Assembly (NCBI GenBank): GCA_963741955.1
Contig: CAVUKB010000001.1
Location: 128,001-192,000, forward strand
Length of the DNA stretch: 64,000 nucleotides
Reading direction: 5' to 3'
Source: an uncultured Acidobacteriota bacterium
GTDB taxonomy: Bacteria > Acidobacteriota > Thermoanaerobaculia > Gp7-AA8
The notes under the pieces are model-generated. The model did not search any database and was not told the origin of the DNA. It saw only the letters and a program-made list of their open reading frames with translations. Positions 19,707 through 29,384 of the stretch are shown in pieces (position 1 is the first letter of the stretch; each line of letters begins with the position of its first letter). Both the position numbers and the translations under genes were made by a program.

Positions 19707-20038
19707 CTATTTCCGCCCCACGGGAACGCTGCTGTTGAACATGTCCGCCATCGCCTCCCACCTTTCGCTCTGGAACTGCCAGACCACGAGGTACTTGCCC
19801 TGATCGGCGACGGCGGGTTGCTCGCCCGGCGCGAGAACGGTGATCTCGTAGCGGCCGATCTCGTACGCGAGATCTCCCGACTGTTCGACCGACTCGGTGA
19901 CCAGCCGGATGTGAGTGGTCGCGGGAGCGCTGAACGTCTCGCGGAAGCGATCGCCGGTTGAGCGGAGCCGTTCCTCGCTCCGCCGGATGCGCAAGCGGCC
20001 GTGACGACGCACGCGATGATCGGGAGCCACTTCTTCAT
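19707..20038 (-). pseudogene. DUF4440/NTF2-like lipoprotein with an internal deletion and frameshift
   Basis: N-terminus MKKWLPIIACVVTAAC in one frame; C-terminus SGDLAYEIGRY..GKYLVVW..W...DMFNS in another; junction near 19945; middle of the domain missing. Confidence 0.7.
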
Positions 20039-20184
20039 GGCATCCTCCTTCGTGGTGAAAGGTCGATCACTCATTGTAGATGAGGCGCGGCGAAGATGGG
20101 AGCGATTGCGGCAGAGACGGCGTGTCTGTTCGGGGCGCGGATCGCGCTCGGCGGTATGCGCACTGCACGGTACCGTGTCACCAT

Positions 20185-20475
20185 GGGGTGCGGATCCCGC
20201 TCGGCGGGATCCGCCGCGAGAATCGTGTTGTACGCGATGAAGACAGAGACTGAGGGTTTCGCGAAGCGTCGGTCGTTCTTGCGCCCCCGCTTCGCTTCTG
20301 CCACATGGCGAGGGGCGGCACCGCTCGGCGTCCGAAAGGCGCATGTGCCTGGGGTGCAGGTTTCGCGAAGCGTCGGTGACGCTGGCGTCAAACTCCGCTT
20401 CAGCCAACGACGCGGGTGATGCTGCCGTCGCGCATGCGCCGTGATCCGCGCGGCGGATTGCGAATCCGCACTCCA
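20185..20475 (+). repeat. Solitary degenerate copy of the 39.5-kb array unit (REP doublet)
   Basis: GGGGTGCGGATCCCGCTCGGCGGGATCCGCCGCGAGAATCGTGTTGTACGCGATGAAG ... CGCGCATGCGCCGTGATCCGCGCGGCGGAT. Confidence 0.8.
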
Positions 20476-20500
20476 ATCGCACCCCGCAATCCACGCCACG

Positions 20501-21943
20501 CTACGGCCGCGAATACTCGTCGATCACGTTCTCGATTGCCCGGCTGCAGACGCGACAGAAACCCACCGGATCGCGGGTGAACATGATGCAATCGGCCTCG
20601 GGGCGATACATCCCTTTCGCTTCGTAATCCGCACCTTCGAATGCGCCGACGCGACCGGAGAACTGCATCGTCGAGAGGAGCTTCGTCTCGATCTCCATCT
20701 GCCGGCGGAACAACGCGTCGATCTCCGACTCGGGCGCTCCGGCTTTCCTCAGCTCGCGCCGTTTCGCCTGGTACTCCTGCTCGACCGCCTCGAACTTCGC
20801 TTTCTCCCACGGCGTCGGCAGCGGCGTTCCCGGCGTGACGAGATCTTTCCATTTGAGGTTCGCAGGATCGTGCATCGCGGTGACGTTCGGCTCCCACGGT
20901 TCGGGATGCTGCTCCGTGCCGGTCTCGTACGCCACGTCCGACGTGTAGTACTCGTCGGCGAGCCCCGCGAAGTGATGTCCGAATTCGTGGACGAAGACGT
21001 ACGGGGAGAATGCACTGTCGACCGAAGCGGTCGCCTGGAAGTTGAAGATCCCGCCGCCTCCGTACTGTTTGTCGTTGACCAGAATCTCGAGAAACTCGTA
21101 CGGAGCCGCAGACGCGACGTCACGGAGATAACGGTTGTGGCGGGTGAGTACGTATCGTTCGGAGTCGAACGTGTTGTACGTCGCTCCGAGCTCATCCCGG
21201 CGGAAATCTCCCGCCCGCGGACGATTCACGCCGCTCTCCGCGGTGGGGAGATCGATCGCACGGACGTTGAAGTCGCTCTTTCTCCTCTTGAACGGCTCGG
21301 TATCGAACATCACCGCGACCAGACGTTTCACATCCGAGTGGAACTTTGCCGCCTCCGCCGCGGTGTAGCCGTCTCCGATGATCAGAAGATCGACCTTCTC
21401 CGTCGACGGACCATTCTCGAAGACGGTCCAGACCTTTCCGATCGGAGCGAGATCCTTCGGATTCACGAAACGGGAAGCGGGATCGATGACGGTGGACCAG
21501 ATCTCGTGGAACGCGTTCAGCTCGTCCCTCTTTTCGAGCACCACCTGGACGGGATTGTTCGGCCACGGAAAGCGGAGCGATTCGTGAAACGTCTGGTAGG
21601 AGCTCTTCGCGTCCGGTGTGGTCTCCCATTCTCCGTACATCGACGCGAAGCCGCGGGTATAGAGGACGGCATTGGTCGCGCGGTCGATGACACGGAACTC
21701 GTACTTGCCGAGGTTGAGACTCTCGACCAGGCGGGTGTGGCTCCCGCCCCACGGACCGTCGGAGACGACCTGGTCGAGCGCGACGATCTCCTTCCCCATG
21801 CCGCCGGTGTGAAAATAGTCGACGCGCATGGTCTTGTCGCTGAACCAGTGGTGGAAGCCCGGTTCTGCGGCGCAGAGGATCGAGGGAGTGAGGACGGCGA
21901 AGAGTGCGAAGACGAACAGGAGCGGCTGCTGACGGTCGCGCAT
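20501..21943 (-). CDS. Peptidase M64 (IgA peptidase family)
   Basis: KTMRVDYFHTG, KVDLLIIGDGY, YGGGGI, HEFGHHFAGLADEYY, GAFEGA, YRP..DCIM. Confidence 0.93.
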   Translation of the reverse strand: MRDRQQPLLFVFALFAVLTPSILCAAEPGFHHWFSDKTMRVDYFHTGGMGKEIVALDQVVSDGPWGGSHTRLVESLNLGKYEFRVIDRATNAVLYTRGFASMYGEWETTPDAKSSYQTFHESLRFPWPNNPVQVVLEKRDELNAFHEIWSTVIDPASRFVNPKDLAPIGKVWTVFENGPSTEKVDLLIIGDGYTAAEAAKFHSDVKRLVAVMFDTEPFKRRKSDFNVRAIDLPTAESGVNRPRAGDFRRDELGATYNTFDSERYVLTRHNRYLRDVASAAPYEFLEILVNDKQYGGGGIFNFQATASVDSAFSPYVFVHEFGHHFAGLADEYYTSDVAYETGTEQHPEPWEPNVTAMHDPANLKWKDLVTPGTPLPTPWEKAKFEAVEQEYQAKRRELRKAGAPESEIDALFRRQMEIETKLLSTMQFSGRVGAFEGADYEAKGMYRPEADCIMFTRDPVGFCRVCSRAIENVIDEYSRP

Positions 21944-22059
21944 CGGGAATTCTCCGTTTCGTGACATGCGGCGTTAGGATCGATCGTGATTCCGGACCGA
22001 TCGTTGTGGAGCAAGGATATCTCATGGCAGGACCGCACAGGCGAACGACACGTCACGGC

Positions 22060-23112
22060 ATGAGAGGGGCCGCACTTTTCCCGGCGGTGCTCGTGCTTCT
22101 GATGGCGACTGCGGCACTCGCGCAGCAGCCGGAGATCCGGGCCCAGGAAGAGATCACCGTCGAGCGACTGGTGATCGACGCGCGGATCATCGACAGTCAT
22201 GGCAATCCGATCGAGGGGCTGACGCGGAAAGATGTCCGCGTACGTGTCGACGGCCGTCCCGCGGAGGTGGAAGCGGTGGAGTGGGTCTCCGAAGACAAGC
22301 CTCTCGACACGGGGGCGGGCGCCGAGCCGGAGAAGGAAGAGATCCACGGAGTGCCGATACCGCGCGGAAGACTTCTGGTGTTCTTCTTCCAGACCGACTT
22401 CCAGCGGCAGCGGGTGAAGGGAGAGATGCGGATTCTTTCCTATGCGAAAAATCTGCTCGGCACGCTCGGTCCGGAGGATCGCGTCGCGGTCGTGTCGTTC
22501 GACTCGCATCTGAAGCTTCGACAGGACTTCACCAGCGATCACCGGAAGATCGAGACGGCGATCGACGAGGCGCTCCGCATCGACGAGCCGCCTCCGCCGC
22601 CTCTCGTTCCGTCGCCTGCGCTTTTCACCCGCATCGACCGCGACGCGGCGCGGAAGGCGGCGCAACCGGAGACCGCGCTGCTCCTGATCGGAAATGCGCT
22701 GATCCCCATACCGGGGCCGAAGTCGCTCCTCCTGTTCGGCTGGGGACTCGGGCATCTGATGGGGCGGAACGGCGTGGTGATGGACAAGGACTATTTTCCG
22801 GCCAAGCTCGCGCTCGAGCAGGCACGTACGGCGGTGTTCGCTCTCGACATCAGTGATGCCGACTACCACTCGCTGGAGGTCGGTCTGGGAAAAGTCGCTG
22901 CGGACACCGGGGGGTTCTACGCGAAGACGCACATCTTTCCGCAGATCGCGATGGAGCGGATGGAACGGGTGCTCGCCGGGCACTATGAAGTGGTGATCAA
23001 GGTCCCGCCCGGTCCCCGAGGTCTTCACAAGGTCGAGCTCGAAGTGCCGCATCGCCGCGATGCGGAGGTACTCGCCCGGAGCATGTTCGACGACGCGCTG
23101 CGGCAGAAATAG
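22060..23112 (+). CDS. VWA-domain secreted protein (Acidobacteria type)
   Basis: Signal peptide; DSHGNPIEGL, DRVAVVSFD, QDFTSD, IPGPKSLLLF, AADTGG. Confidence 0.82.
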   Translation: MRGAALFPAVLVLLMATAALAQQPEIRAQEEITVERLVIDARIIDSHGNPIEGLTRKDVRVRVDGRPAEVEAVEWVSEDKPLDTGAGAEPEKEEIHGVPIPRGRLLVFFFQTDFQRQRVKGEMRILSYAKNLLGTLGPEDRVAVVSFDSHLKLRQDFTSDHRKIETAIDEALRIDEPPPPPLVPSPALFTRIDRDAARKAAQPETALLLIGNALIPIPGPKSLLLFGWGLGHLMGRNGVVMDKDYFPAKLALEQARTAVFALDISDADYHSLEVGLGKVAADTGGFYAKTHIFPQIAMERMERVLAGHYEVVIKVPPGPRGLHKVELEVPHRRDAEVLARSMFDDALRQK

Positions 23113-23192
23113 CGGCTGCCGGGCAAGCTGGCACATCGCTTCCATCAGCATTGCCGGATGCGCCCGCCGGAACGGTCGGGCCGGATACGAAC

Positions 23193-23768
23193 GTGAAGCC
23201 GCGCCGCCTCATCGCCGTCGTTCTCGCTCTCTGCGGAATCGCGCAGTTCGGAGCGAGCGCCGCCGCTGCTGCGCCGTCACCCGCTCGCGAGCGCGTGCTC
23301 GGAAGAGAGCTCGAGGTGGTCTACGCCGGCGATCGCGCGGTGGAGGTGGTGATCAAGTACCCGCTTCTCAGCGCGGGAGGAGACGTGACCGGACGTCTTT
23401 ACCTCTCCGATTTCGTGACCAACGCTCCGGTCGAGGACGCGCGCGTGTTCCTCTCCATTCCGACCCGCGGTCTGGTCTTTCCGGCCCGGCGCACCGGTAC
23501 GCCGGGGGTCTACGCCATCCCGCTCGCGTTTCCTTCCAACGGCAGCTACGACGGCATTCTCACCATCAGCGCGCCGCACATCGGAAGCCGGCAGATTCCG
23601 GTCGCGGGTCTGGTGGTCGGTCCGGAGGGGAGCGGTACGGTGCGATCCCGGAACGTGGCGCTGATTCTTCTCGTGTCGACGCTGGCGCTGGTGGGTATCG
23701 GGGCGTGGCTCTATCTGAAAAGGGAGGATTCGATGAGAGGCACGCCGGAGAGTGGGGAACAGCGATGA
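23193..23768 (+). CDS. Hypothetical exported/membrane-anchored protein
   Basis: Signal-like N-terminus, beta-rich domain, C-terminal TM; ATGA-coupled to the next gene; start uncertain. Confidence 0.65.
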   Translation: MKPRRLIAVVLALCGIAQFGASAAAAAPSPARERVLGRELEVVYAGDRAVEVVIKYPLLSAGGDVTGRLYLSDFVTNAPVEDARVFLSIPTRGLVFPARRTGTPGVYAIPLAFPSNGSYDGILTISAPHIGSRQIPVAGLVVGPEGSGTVRSRNVALILLVSTLALVGIGAWLYLKREDSMRGTPESGEQR

Positions 23769-24889
23769 AGACGACCGTGATCTCGTTCGCAATGCTGTTC
23801 GCGATCTCCGCAGCGCTCGGGGCCGATGTCTCGCCCGTCGCGCCGCGTGCACTGCGGGTGGTGAAGGAGGCCCAGTTCCGATTCGGAATCAGGACTGTGG
23901 TGCTCCGTCCGCAGCCGATCTCCCGTGACAGTGAAGCGAAGGGAAGCCTGACCCGCGCTCCGGACGCGGTCGCCGAGCTGCGCTCTCCGGATCCGGGGCG
24001 CCTCGTGCTGTCGCGTAACACGATCGCGAAGAAGGGGACACGCGTGGTGAGAGGTGAAGTGCTCGCAATGGTCGAAGTTCCCGTGACGGCGGGGGAGCAG
24101 GCGGTCTTCCAGCTTCTCCGCGACGACGCGGCGGTCGAGTTGCAGAAGCAGGAGCACGAGACGGCGCGTGCGCGGAGAGAGGTGCGCCGGCTGGAGAAGC
24201 TCTCGGACGTCGTTCCCGCGAAGGAGATCGAGGCCGCGCGTGCGGAGCTTCGGTCCGCGGAAGAAGACGAGTCTCGAAGCAGAAAGCGGATCTCTGCGAT
24301 CGACGCCGCACTCGCGGGCAAAGGTCTCGCCGGACCGCGCCGCATCGTTGCTCCCTTCGACGGAGTGGTGCTCGATTCGAGCGCGGGGCAGAACCAGTTC
24401 GTGGAGAGGGGAGACACTCTGTTCCGGCTGCTCGATCCGACCCGGCTGTGGGTTCGCGTTCATGCCGATCCCGCAATCGCCGCGCAGATCGGTCACTCCG
24501 CGAGAATCGTCTTCCGCACGCCGGAGTACTCTCAGAACCTCTTTCCCGCGAAGCTGGTGGCGAACGGGAACGCCGGAGACGGCACGATGTATCTCGCGGT
24601 CAACAATCCCGGAGGGCGTCTCCGCGAAGGAATGGACGGAACGGTGGAGATCAACACCGAGAGCAGCCGAACCGGTCTGCTCATTCCTCCCGATGCACGT
24701 ACCACGCTGGAGGGAGAGGACGTGGTGTTCGTGCACACCGCGCCGGAAGCGTTCCAGTTGCGGCCGGTACGTCTCGGTACGCCGCTCTCGGACGGATTGA
24801 TTCCGGTCGAGGCGGGGCTGCAGGCCGGAGATCGCATCGTGATTCAGGGAGTCGATTCCCTCGTCTCGGTGATGCGCGGCGGTTTCTGA
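23765..24889 (+). CDS. Efflux RND transporter periplasmic adaptor subunit
   Basis: Coiled-coil hairpin, IVAPFDGVV, GDTLFRLLDPTRLWV, LREGM, GLQAGDRIVIQG. Confidence 0.88.
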   Translation: MKTTVISFAMLFAISAALGADVSPVAPRALRVVKEAQFRFGIRTVVLRPQPISRDSEAKGSLTRAPDAVAELRSPDPGRLVLSRNTIAKKGTRVVRGEVLAMVEVPVTAGEQAVFQLLRDDAAVELQKQEHETARARREVRRLEKLSDVVPAKEIEAARAELRSAEEDESRSRKRISAIDAALAGKGLAGPRRIVAPFDGVVLDSSAGQNQFVERGDTLFRLLDPTRLWVRVHADPAIAAQIGHSARIVFRTPEYSQNLFPAKLVANGNAGDGTMYLAVNNPGGRLREGMDGTVEINTESSRTGLLIPPDARTTLEGEDVVFVHTAPEAFQLRPVRLGTPLSDGLIPVEAGLQAGDRIVIQGVDSLVSVMRGGF

Positions 24890-25119
24890 GCAGCGCCGGG
24901 ACTCTGCGATCTCTCTCCCTGCATATCGATCGAATCAGCGGTTCGTGATCTGCCTCGCGATATTTCTTTTCGCATTCGATGCGAAAGTCGGGATTCGAAA
25001 TCACGCCGCAGGGTCACGTCTTCGATGCGCTCCCGAGCATCATTTCGGCATCATTTTCGTCTCCCGATTCGCTCATTTCTCAAGCCTCGGCCCTCACTCC
25101 GAAATCGTCTCCTGGGGGA

Positions 25120-25231
25120 CTGACGTTAATTCTGGTTAAAAATCCTGTCGACAATTAGTGTCCTTTTGATTTATAAATAAAAGCGCAGCGGTCGGTGAAC
25201 GATAAACATTTTTGAATCGAAAGGAGACAAG
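25120..25231 (+). promoter_or_regulatory. AT-rich promoter/RBS region of the histone-like gene
   Basis: Abrupt A/T-rich stretch (TTTTGATTTATAAATAAAA) and AAAGGAG RBS. Confidence 0.5.
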
Positions 25232-25474
25232 ATGGCAACGAAGGCAAAGAAAGCAGCAAAGAGACCCGCGAAGAAGGCAGCGAAGAAGCCTGCCGCCAAG
25301 AAGGCCGCGAAGAAGACTGCACGGAAGCCAGCTGCGAAGAAGGCTGCGAAGCGCCCTGCCAAGAAGGCCGCGAAGAAGACCGCGCGGAAGCCAGCTGCAA
25401 AGAAGGCTGCAAAGCGCCCCGCAAAGAAGTCCGCTGCGAAACGATCCTCGAAGAAGACCGCTGCCAAGAAGTAA
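25232..25474 (+). CDS. Histone H1-like Lys/Ala-rich nucleoid protein
   Basis: 80 aa of PAKKAAKK repeats, strong RBS, own terminator. Confidence 0.9.
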   Translation: MATKAKKAAKRPAKKAAKKPAAKKAAKKTARKPAAKKAAKRPAKKAAKKTARKPAAKKAAKRPAKKSAAKRSSKKTAAKK

Positions 25475-25498
25475 CGCTGCAATCATTTCTGGGGAAGG

Positions 25499-25531
25499 GC
25501 CGCCGCTGGAAACAGCGGCGGCAGTTTTTTT
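25499..25531 (+). terminator. Rho-independent terminator
   Basis: GCCGCCGCTG-GAAA-CAGCGGCGGC followed by AG and T7. Confidence 0.88.
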
Positions 25532-25613
25532 GGGGCCTCCCTTCTCCCATCGCGACATCCCGCGCTCGGAAGTCGCGAATTCCGAAAAGAGGAATGGGTG
25601 CTACTCTTTCGGC

Positions 25614-26276
25614 ATGAACAACCGCGCGGTTTACCCGCTCATGCTTCTCGCGGTCGTCGCGATCGTGTTCGTCTGGTCCGGCATCGCGCCGTTCGACCGC
25701 GGCACGTGGATCGGCGAGACCGTTCCGGTGATGATCGCGGTTCCGCTGCTGCTGGCGACGTACCGCCGCTTCCCCCTCACTCCGATGGTCTACTTCCTGA
25801 TCGCCGTTCACGCGATCATCCTGATGGTCGGCGGGCACTATTCGTACGCGCGGGTTCCGCTCGGCGAGTGGCTTCGCGACACGTTTCATTTCGCCCGGAA
25901 CCACTACGACCGGCTGGGACACTTCGCGCAGGGATTCGTTCCGGCGATGATCGCGCGGGAGGTGCTGCTCCGCCGCTCTCCGCTCCGGCGCGGCAAGTGG
26001 CTGGTCTTCATCGTCGTCTCCATCTGTCTCGCGATCAGTGCCGCGTACGAATTGATCGAGTGGGCCTCCGCGGTTTTCGCCGGCGATTCGGCGACCGACT
26101 TTCTCGGCACGCAGGGAGACATCTGGGACGCGCAGAAAGACATGTTGATGGCTCTGATCGGCGCGGTGGTGGCGATGCTCACCATGCAGCGGCTTCACGA
26201 TCGGCAGCTCGCGCGGATCGAGACGCCCTCTTCCGCTGAGCGGCTCGACCGCTCCTCTGCTCAGCATGCTTCCTGA
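25614..26276 (+). CDS. DUF2238 (YjdF-like) inner membrane protein
   Basis: GGHYSYARVPLG, RNHYDRLGHFAQG, YELIEW, FLGTQGDIWDAQKDM. Confidence 0.92.
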   Translation: MNNRAVYPLMLLAVVAIVFVWSGIAPFDRGTWIGETVPVMIAVPLLLATYRRFPLTPMVYFLIAVHAIILMVGGHYSYARVPLGEWLRDTFHFARNHYDRLGHFAQGFVPAMIAREVLLRRSPLRRGKWLVFIVVSICLAISAAYELIEWASAVFAGDSATDFLGTQGDIWDAQKDMLMALIGAVVAMLTMQRLHDRQLARIETPSSAERLDRSSAQHAS

Positions 26277-26340
26277 TCGGCGAGAGTCTCGATTCATGCG
26301 CCTCATGGGCGACTAGCGGTCCGGTTCCGTACCACAGAGG

Positions 26341-28860
26341 ATGGACGCCACACCGCGGAAGGGATTTCGCGCGAGCGAAAGGGAATCTCGCACTCCGCGG
26401 GAAGTCATCCTCGTCGCCGCTGCCGCCGCCTGGGGATTCGCCGTCGCGATCGCGGCCTCACCCCTGGTTCAGGGGAGCGCAGTTCCCGGGCAGATCGAAG
26501 GAGCTCTGAAGCGGAGCGGAACGTCACCACACGGCCCGATCATCGTCCTCCTTCTTCTCGTGATCGTCCCTCTCGCGTCCGGGGCGGTCACCGGAGCGCT
26601 GCTGAGCAGAATCGGGGAGATGAAACGTTGGGTCAGCACGACGATCTCGATCGCGCTCGTCTCCGCACTCTGGATCCGGCTGGTCGGTGGGAGTCTCACG
26701 ATGACGGCCCTGGCACCGGCAGCGGGTGTTCTTCTGACTCTTCTCGCCGCGCGAGTCGAGCCGCGCTGGTCGCGAATGGACGTTGTGCTCATTCCCTCCA
26801 CCCTGTCGTTGTATCTGGCGTTTCTCGATCTCGGGTCCGCAAACCTGGTGTTTCTCTTCGTCGCTGCGGTCTTCCTCCTCTTCGCGCTCCGTCTCGCAGT
26901 CGCGGCGATGCTACCGTTCGTCCGCGTCCCGGCGGTTGCGTTCACCTTCGCACCGCTCGCTCTTCTTCTGCAGTCGAGCTGGTTTCGGAGTGGTGTGGCT
27001 CATGCCGGCTGGCCTTCTTTCGCTCTGGTCGCGGGAAGCCCTCTGCTCGTCTCGCTGCTGCTGAGGAAAATCGATTCGAGTACTTGGTTCGAGATCGGGC
27101 GGGTCGAGAGAGCGGCTCTCGCTCTTCTCGTGCTGTTCGTTTTTCCCGTGGTGGCGATCGTCGATCCGAGCATCACCACCACGTACGCAAGCGAACAGCG
27201 CCCGCGGGTGGACGTCTTCGAGGATGGCCATTCGCTGCTTCCCGCGTCGGAGATGGTGGCGGGAGAGCTTCCGTACCGCGACGTCGTTCCTGCCCACGGA
27301 CTGATCAGCGACGGATTGCTGGACGCCGTGTCGATCCGCGCAGGCGCACGGAGCATCGGTGACGTTCTCGAGAAGCGAGCGTTCGTCGCGGAGTCGAATG
27401 GCGCGGTGATCTATCTGCTGGGTCTCGCGGCAAGCGGCTCCGGTGCGGTGGGTCTGCTCGGTTTCTACCTGACGCGGCTCCTGTTTCCGTCCCTCGGCTT
27501 CATTCGCGTCATTCCTTCGCTCATCGCGCTCGCAATGGCCTGCATGGCAGTTCGCCGCCGGCGTGACCGGTGGTTCGCGGCGGCGGGGGCGGTGATCGTG
27601 CTTGCTGCTCTGACCAGTCTCGACTTCGGTCTCTACGTGCTGATCGCGGTTGCGGTGCTCGCATTGCGGAGCGCGGTGGTGCGACGCGCGTTCCGGCCAG
27701 TGGTGATGCTCGTCGCCGGTATCTCTGCGGTCGCCGTGATCGTATTGATCGCCTTCGTTGCGACGGGGATCACGGGCGACTTCTTCCGGTCGACCTTCCA
27801 CGAGATTCCGTCCGTGAGCGCGGCGTATCTGCTCGACTTCACCGTCCCGGACGCGGTGAAGGGAAAGAGTCTGCTGGCGCTACTGGCACGTCTGCTGGAT
27901 CGCGACAGCCTGAGAATTCTGGGCTGGCCTCTCGCGGTCCTCACGCTCGCGGTTCTTCTCGCTGCTCCGTTCCGGCGTCGAAGAGAGCCTCTGATCGGAA
28001 TGCTGGTCTGGGTCTCCGTGGCCGGAGTTTCGTGGGCCGAGCGGCATCACGATTACTTCATGTTCGTTCTTCCCACCGTTCTGATCGTGGCTACGGTCCT
28101 GATGCTCCGTTCGCGACGGCATGAGATCCGGCTGGCCGGGATCGCCTCTGCCGTCGCGCTCGCGGTGGCGGCGCAGCCGACTTCGTATCTGGTGATGACC
28201 ACGATGATCCGCACGCACGCCGCTTCGCGAGAGAGCGGGTGGACGGACATCTGGGAGATCCCCCGAGCGCGATTCGCCCTATTTCCTCTCCCATCCGCGG
28301 ACGCCATACGCGAGATGAAGACGTTCATCGACCGCGAGCTCCGGCCCGGAGAGACGTGGCTCGACCTCTCCAACGCTCCGATCCTCTACTACCTGTTCGA
28401 CCGGCGCTGTCCGGTGAGGCAGGTCGAGCCGGCGATGTACTCCACGGAGTCGCTGCAGCGGGACGTGATTCGCAGGCTTGAGCGCGATCGCAGCGTTCGT
28501 GCAGTTCTGGTCCGGTTCCCTTCCGGAACGGAAGGCATCGACGGGCTCTCGAATCGCGAACGGGTGCCGCTCGTCTGGCAGTGGGTGGAGCAGAACTTCC
28601 ATCCGGAATTTCAGGGAGCGGGAGTCGAGATCTGGATCCGGGACGACGCGCTCACTTCACCATGGGAACCGCGGTACCGGCGTTCGGCGGCTGCGGATAG
28701 TCGTGACGGTCTTCCAGTGCCGACTGAGGCACTCGTTTCACTTCCACCTTCGTTCCTCCCACCACAGCCCACTTCTGTTGCTGCGGCGAGGACTCCTCCT
28801 CGGCCACTCGAACCTCGACCTGCGCGGCCGCGGAGAGCCGGACCTCCGGAGGATCGATGA
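26341..28860 (+). CDS. Large polytopic membrane protein (GT-C-like/unknown)
   Basis: Many TM segments; FEDG..L......G.LPYRD....HG loop resembles GT-C proteins; 3' end overlaps the opposite gene. Confidence 0.75.
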   Translation: MDATPRKGFRASERESRTPREVILVAAAAAWGFAVAIAASPLVQGSAVPGQIEGALKRSGTSPHGPIIVLLLLVIVPLASGAVTGALLSRIGEMKRWVSTTISIALVSALWIRLVGGSLTMTALAPAAGVLLTLLAARVEPRWSRMDVVLIPSTLSLYLAFLDLGSANLVFLFVAAVFLLFALRLAVAAMLPFVRVPAVAFTFAPLALLLQSSWFRSGVAHAGWPSFALVAGSPLLVSLLLRKIDSSTWFEIGRVERAALALLVLFVFPVVAIVDPSITTTYASEQRPRVDVFEDGHSLLPASEMVAGELPYRDVVPAHGLISDGLLDAVSIRAGARSIGDVLEKRAFVAESNGAVIYLLGLAASGSGAVGLLGFYLTRLLFPSLGFIRVIPSLIALAMACMAVRRRRDRWFAAAGAVIVLAALTSLDFGLYVLIAVAVLALRSAVVRRAFRPVVMLVAGISAVAVIVLIAFVATGITGDFFRSTFHEIPSVSAAYLLDFTVPDAVKGKSLLALLARLLDRDSLRILGWPLAVLTLAVLLAAPFRRRREPLIGMLVWVSVAGVSWAERHHDYFMFVLPTVLIVATVLMLRSRRHEIRLAGIASAVALAVAAQPTSYLVMTTMIRTHAASRESGWTDIWEIPRARFALFPLPSADAIREMKTFIDRELRPGETWLDLSNAPILYYLFDRRCPVRQVEPAMYSTESLQRDVIRRLERDRSVRAVLVRFPSGTEGIDGLSNRERVPLVWQWVEQNFHPEFQGAGVEIWIRDDALTSPWEPRYRRSAAADSRDGLPVPTEALVSLPPSFLPPQPTSVAAARTPPRPLEPRPARPRRAGPPEDR

Positions 28861-29257
28861 CCAGAGCCGGAAGGAGGACGTCCGCGCTCGGCGGAATGTT
28901 CTGCATGGTGAGAGTCGCGTCCGGACGGCCGGGAACCTGGAACACAATGGTGGTTTTGCCGGGCGGGACGTCGAGGATCAGAAACGCTCCGTTCTCCTGC
29001 AGCCCACCCGAGGCGAACGGAATGCCTTCTACGGCGAGGTTGGTCTGCTGGAAGAGAGCGACCTTCCGCTGTTCGTCGCCGATGCCCGGTTGGGTGACCT
29101 GATACCGGCCGCTCGACGGAGTGATGTCTGCGATCCAACCGCGGATGCTCACCGGATGACGCGGGATCTGCGGACCTGCGGGCTCACCGCCCCCGCAACC
29201 GAGAAGGAGGAGGGGGACGAGTGCGGCGAAGGTGTTCCGGACCAGCGCGTTCTTCAT
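28652..29257 (-). CDS. Hypothetical lipoprotein
   Basis: MKNALVRNTFAALVPLLLLGC lipobox; GAGGTG RBS. Confidence 0.78.
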   Translation of the reverse strand: MKNALVRNTFAALVPLLLLGCGGGEPAGPQIPRHPVSIRGWIADITPSSGRYQVTQPGIGDEQRKVALFQQTNLAVEGIPFASGGLQENGAFLILDVPPGKTTIVFQVPGRPDATLTMQNIPPSADVLLPALVIDPPEVRLSAAAQVEVRVAEEESSPQQQKWAVVGGTKVEVKRVPQSALEDRHDYPQPPNAGTAVPMVK

Positions 29258-29384
29258 TGTGTTCACCTCTCGTCGAGATCTTATCGAAAACGGGTTCGCC
29301 GCACCGCAGCGAGAAATGTTGCCGAACTTCTCGGCATCCCCGCCCGTCTTCTCTATAATCGATAGCCGAAGGGTTCCGGATCGA

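Noticed and set aside
18443-20494. 683-aa ORF as a single protein
   Set aside because: Composite of a repeat, a DUF4440 pseudogene N-terminus and the true patatin gene
25171-25482. Phe/Ala-rich minus-strand ORFs here and at 46062-46709
   Set aside because: Antisense shadows of the Lys/Ala-rich genes
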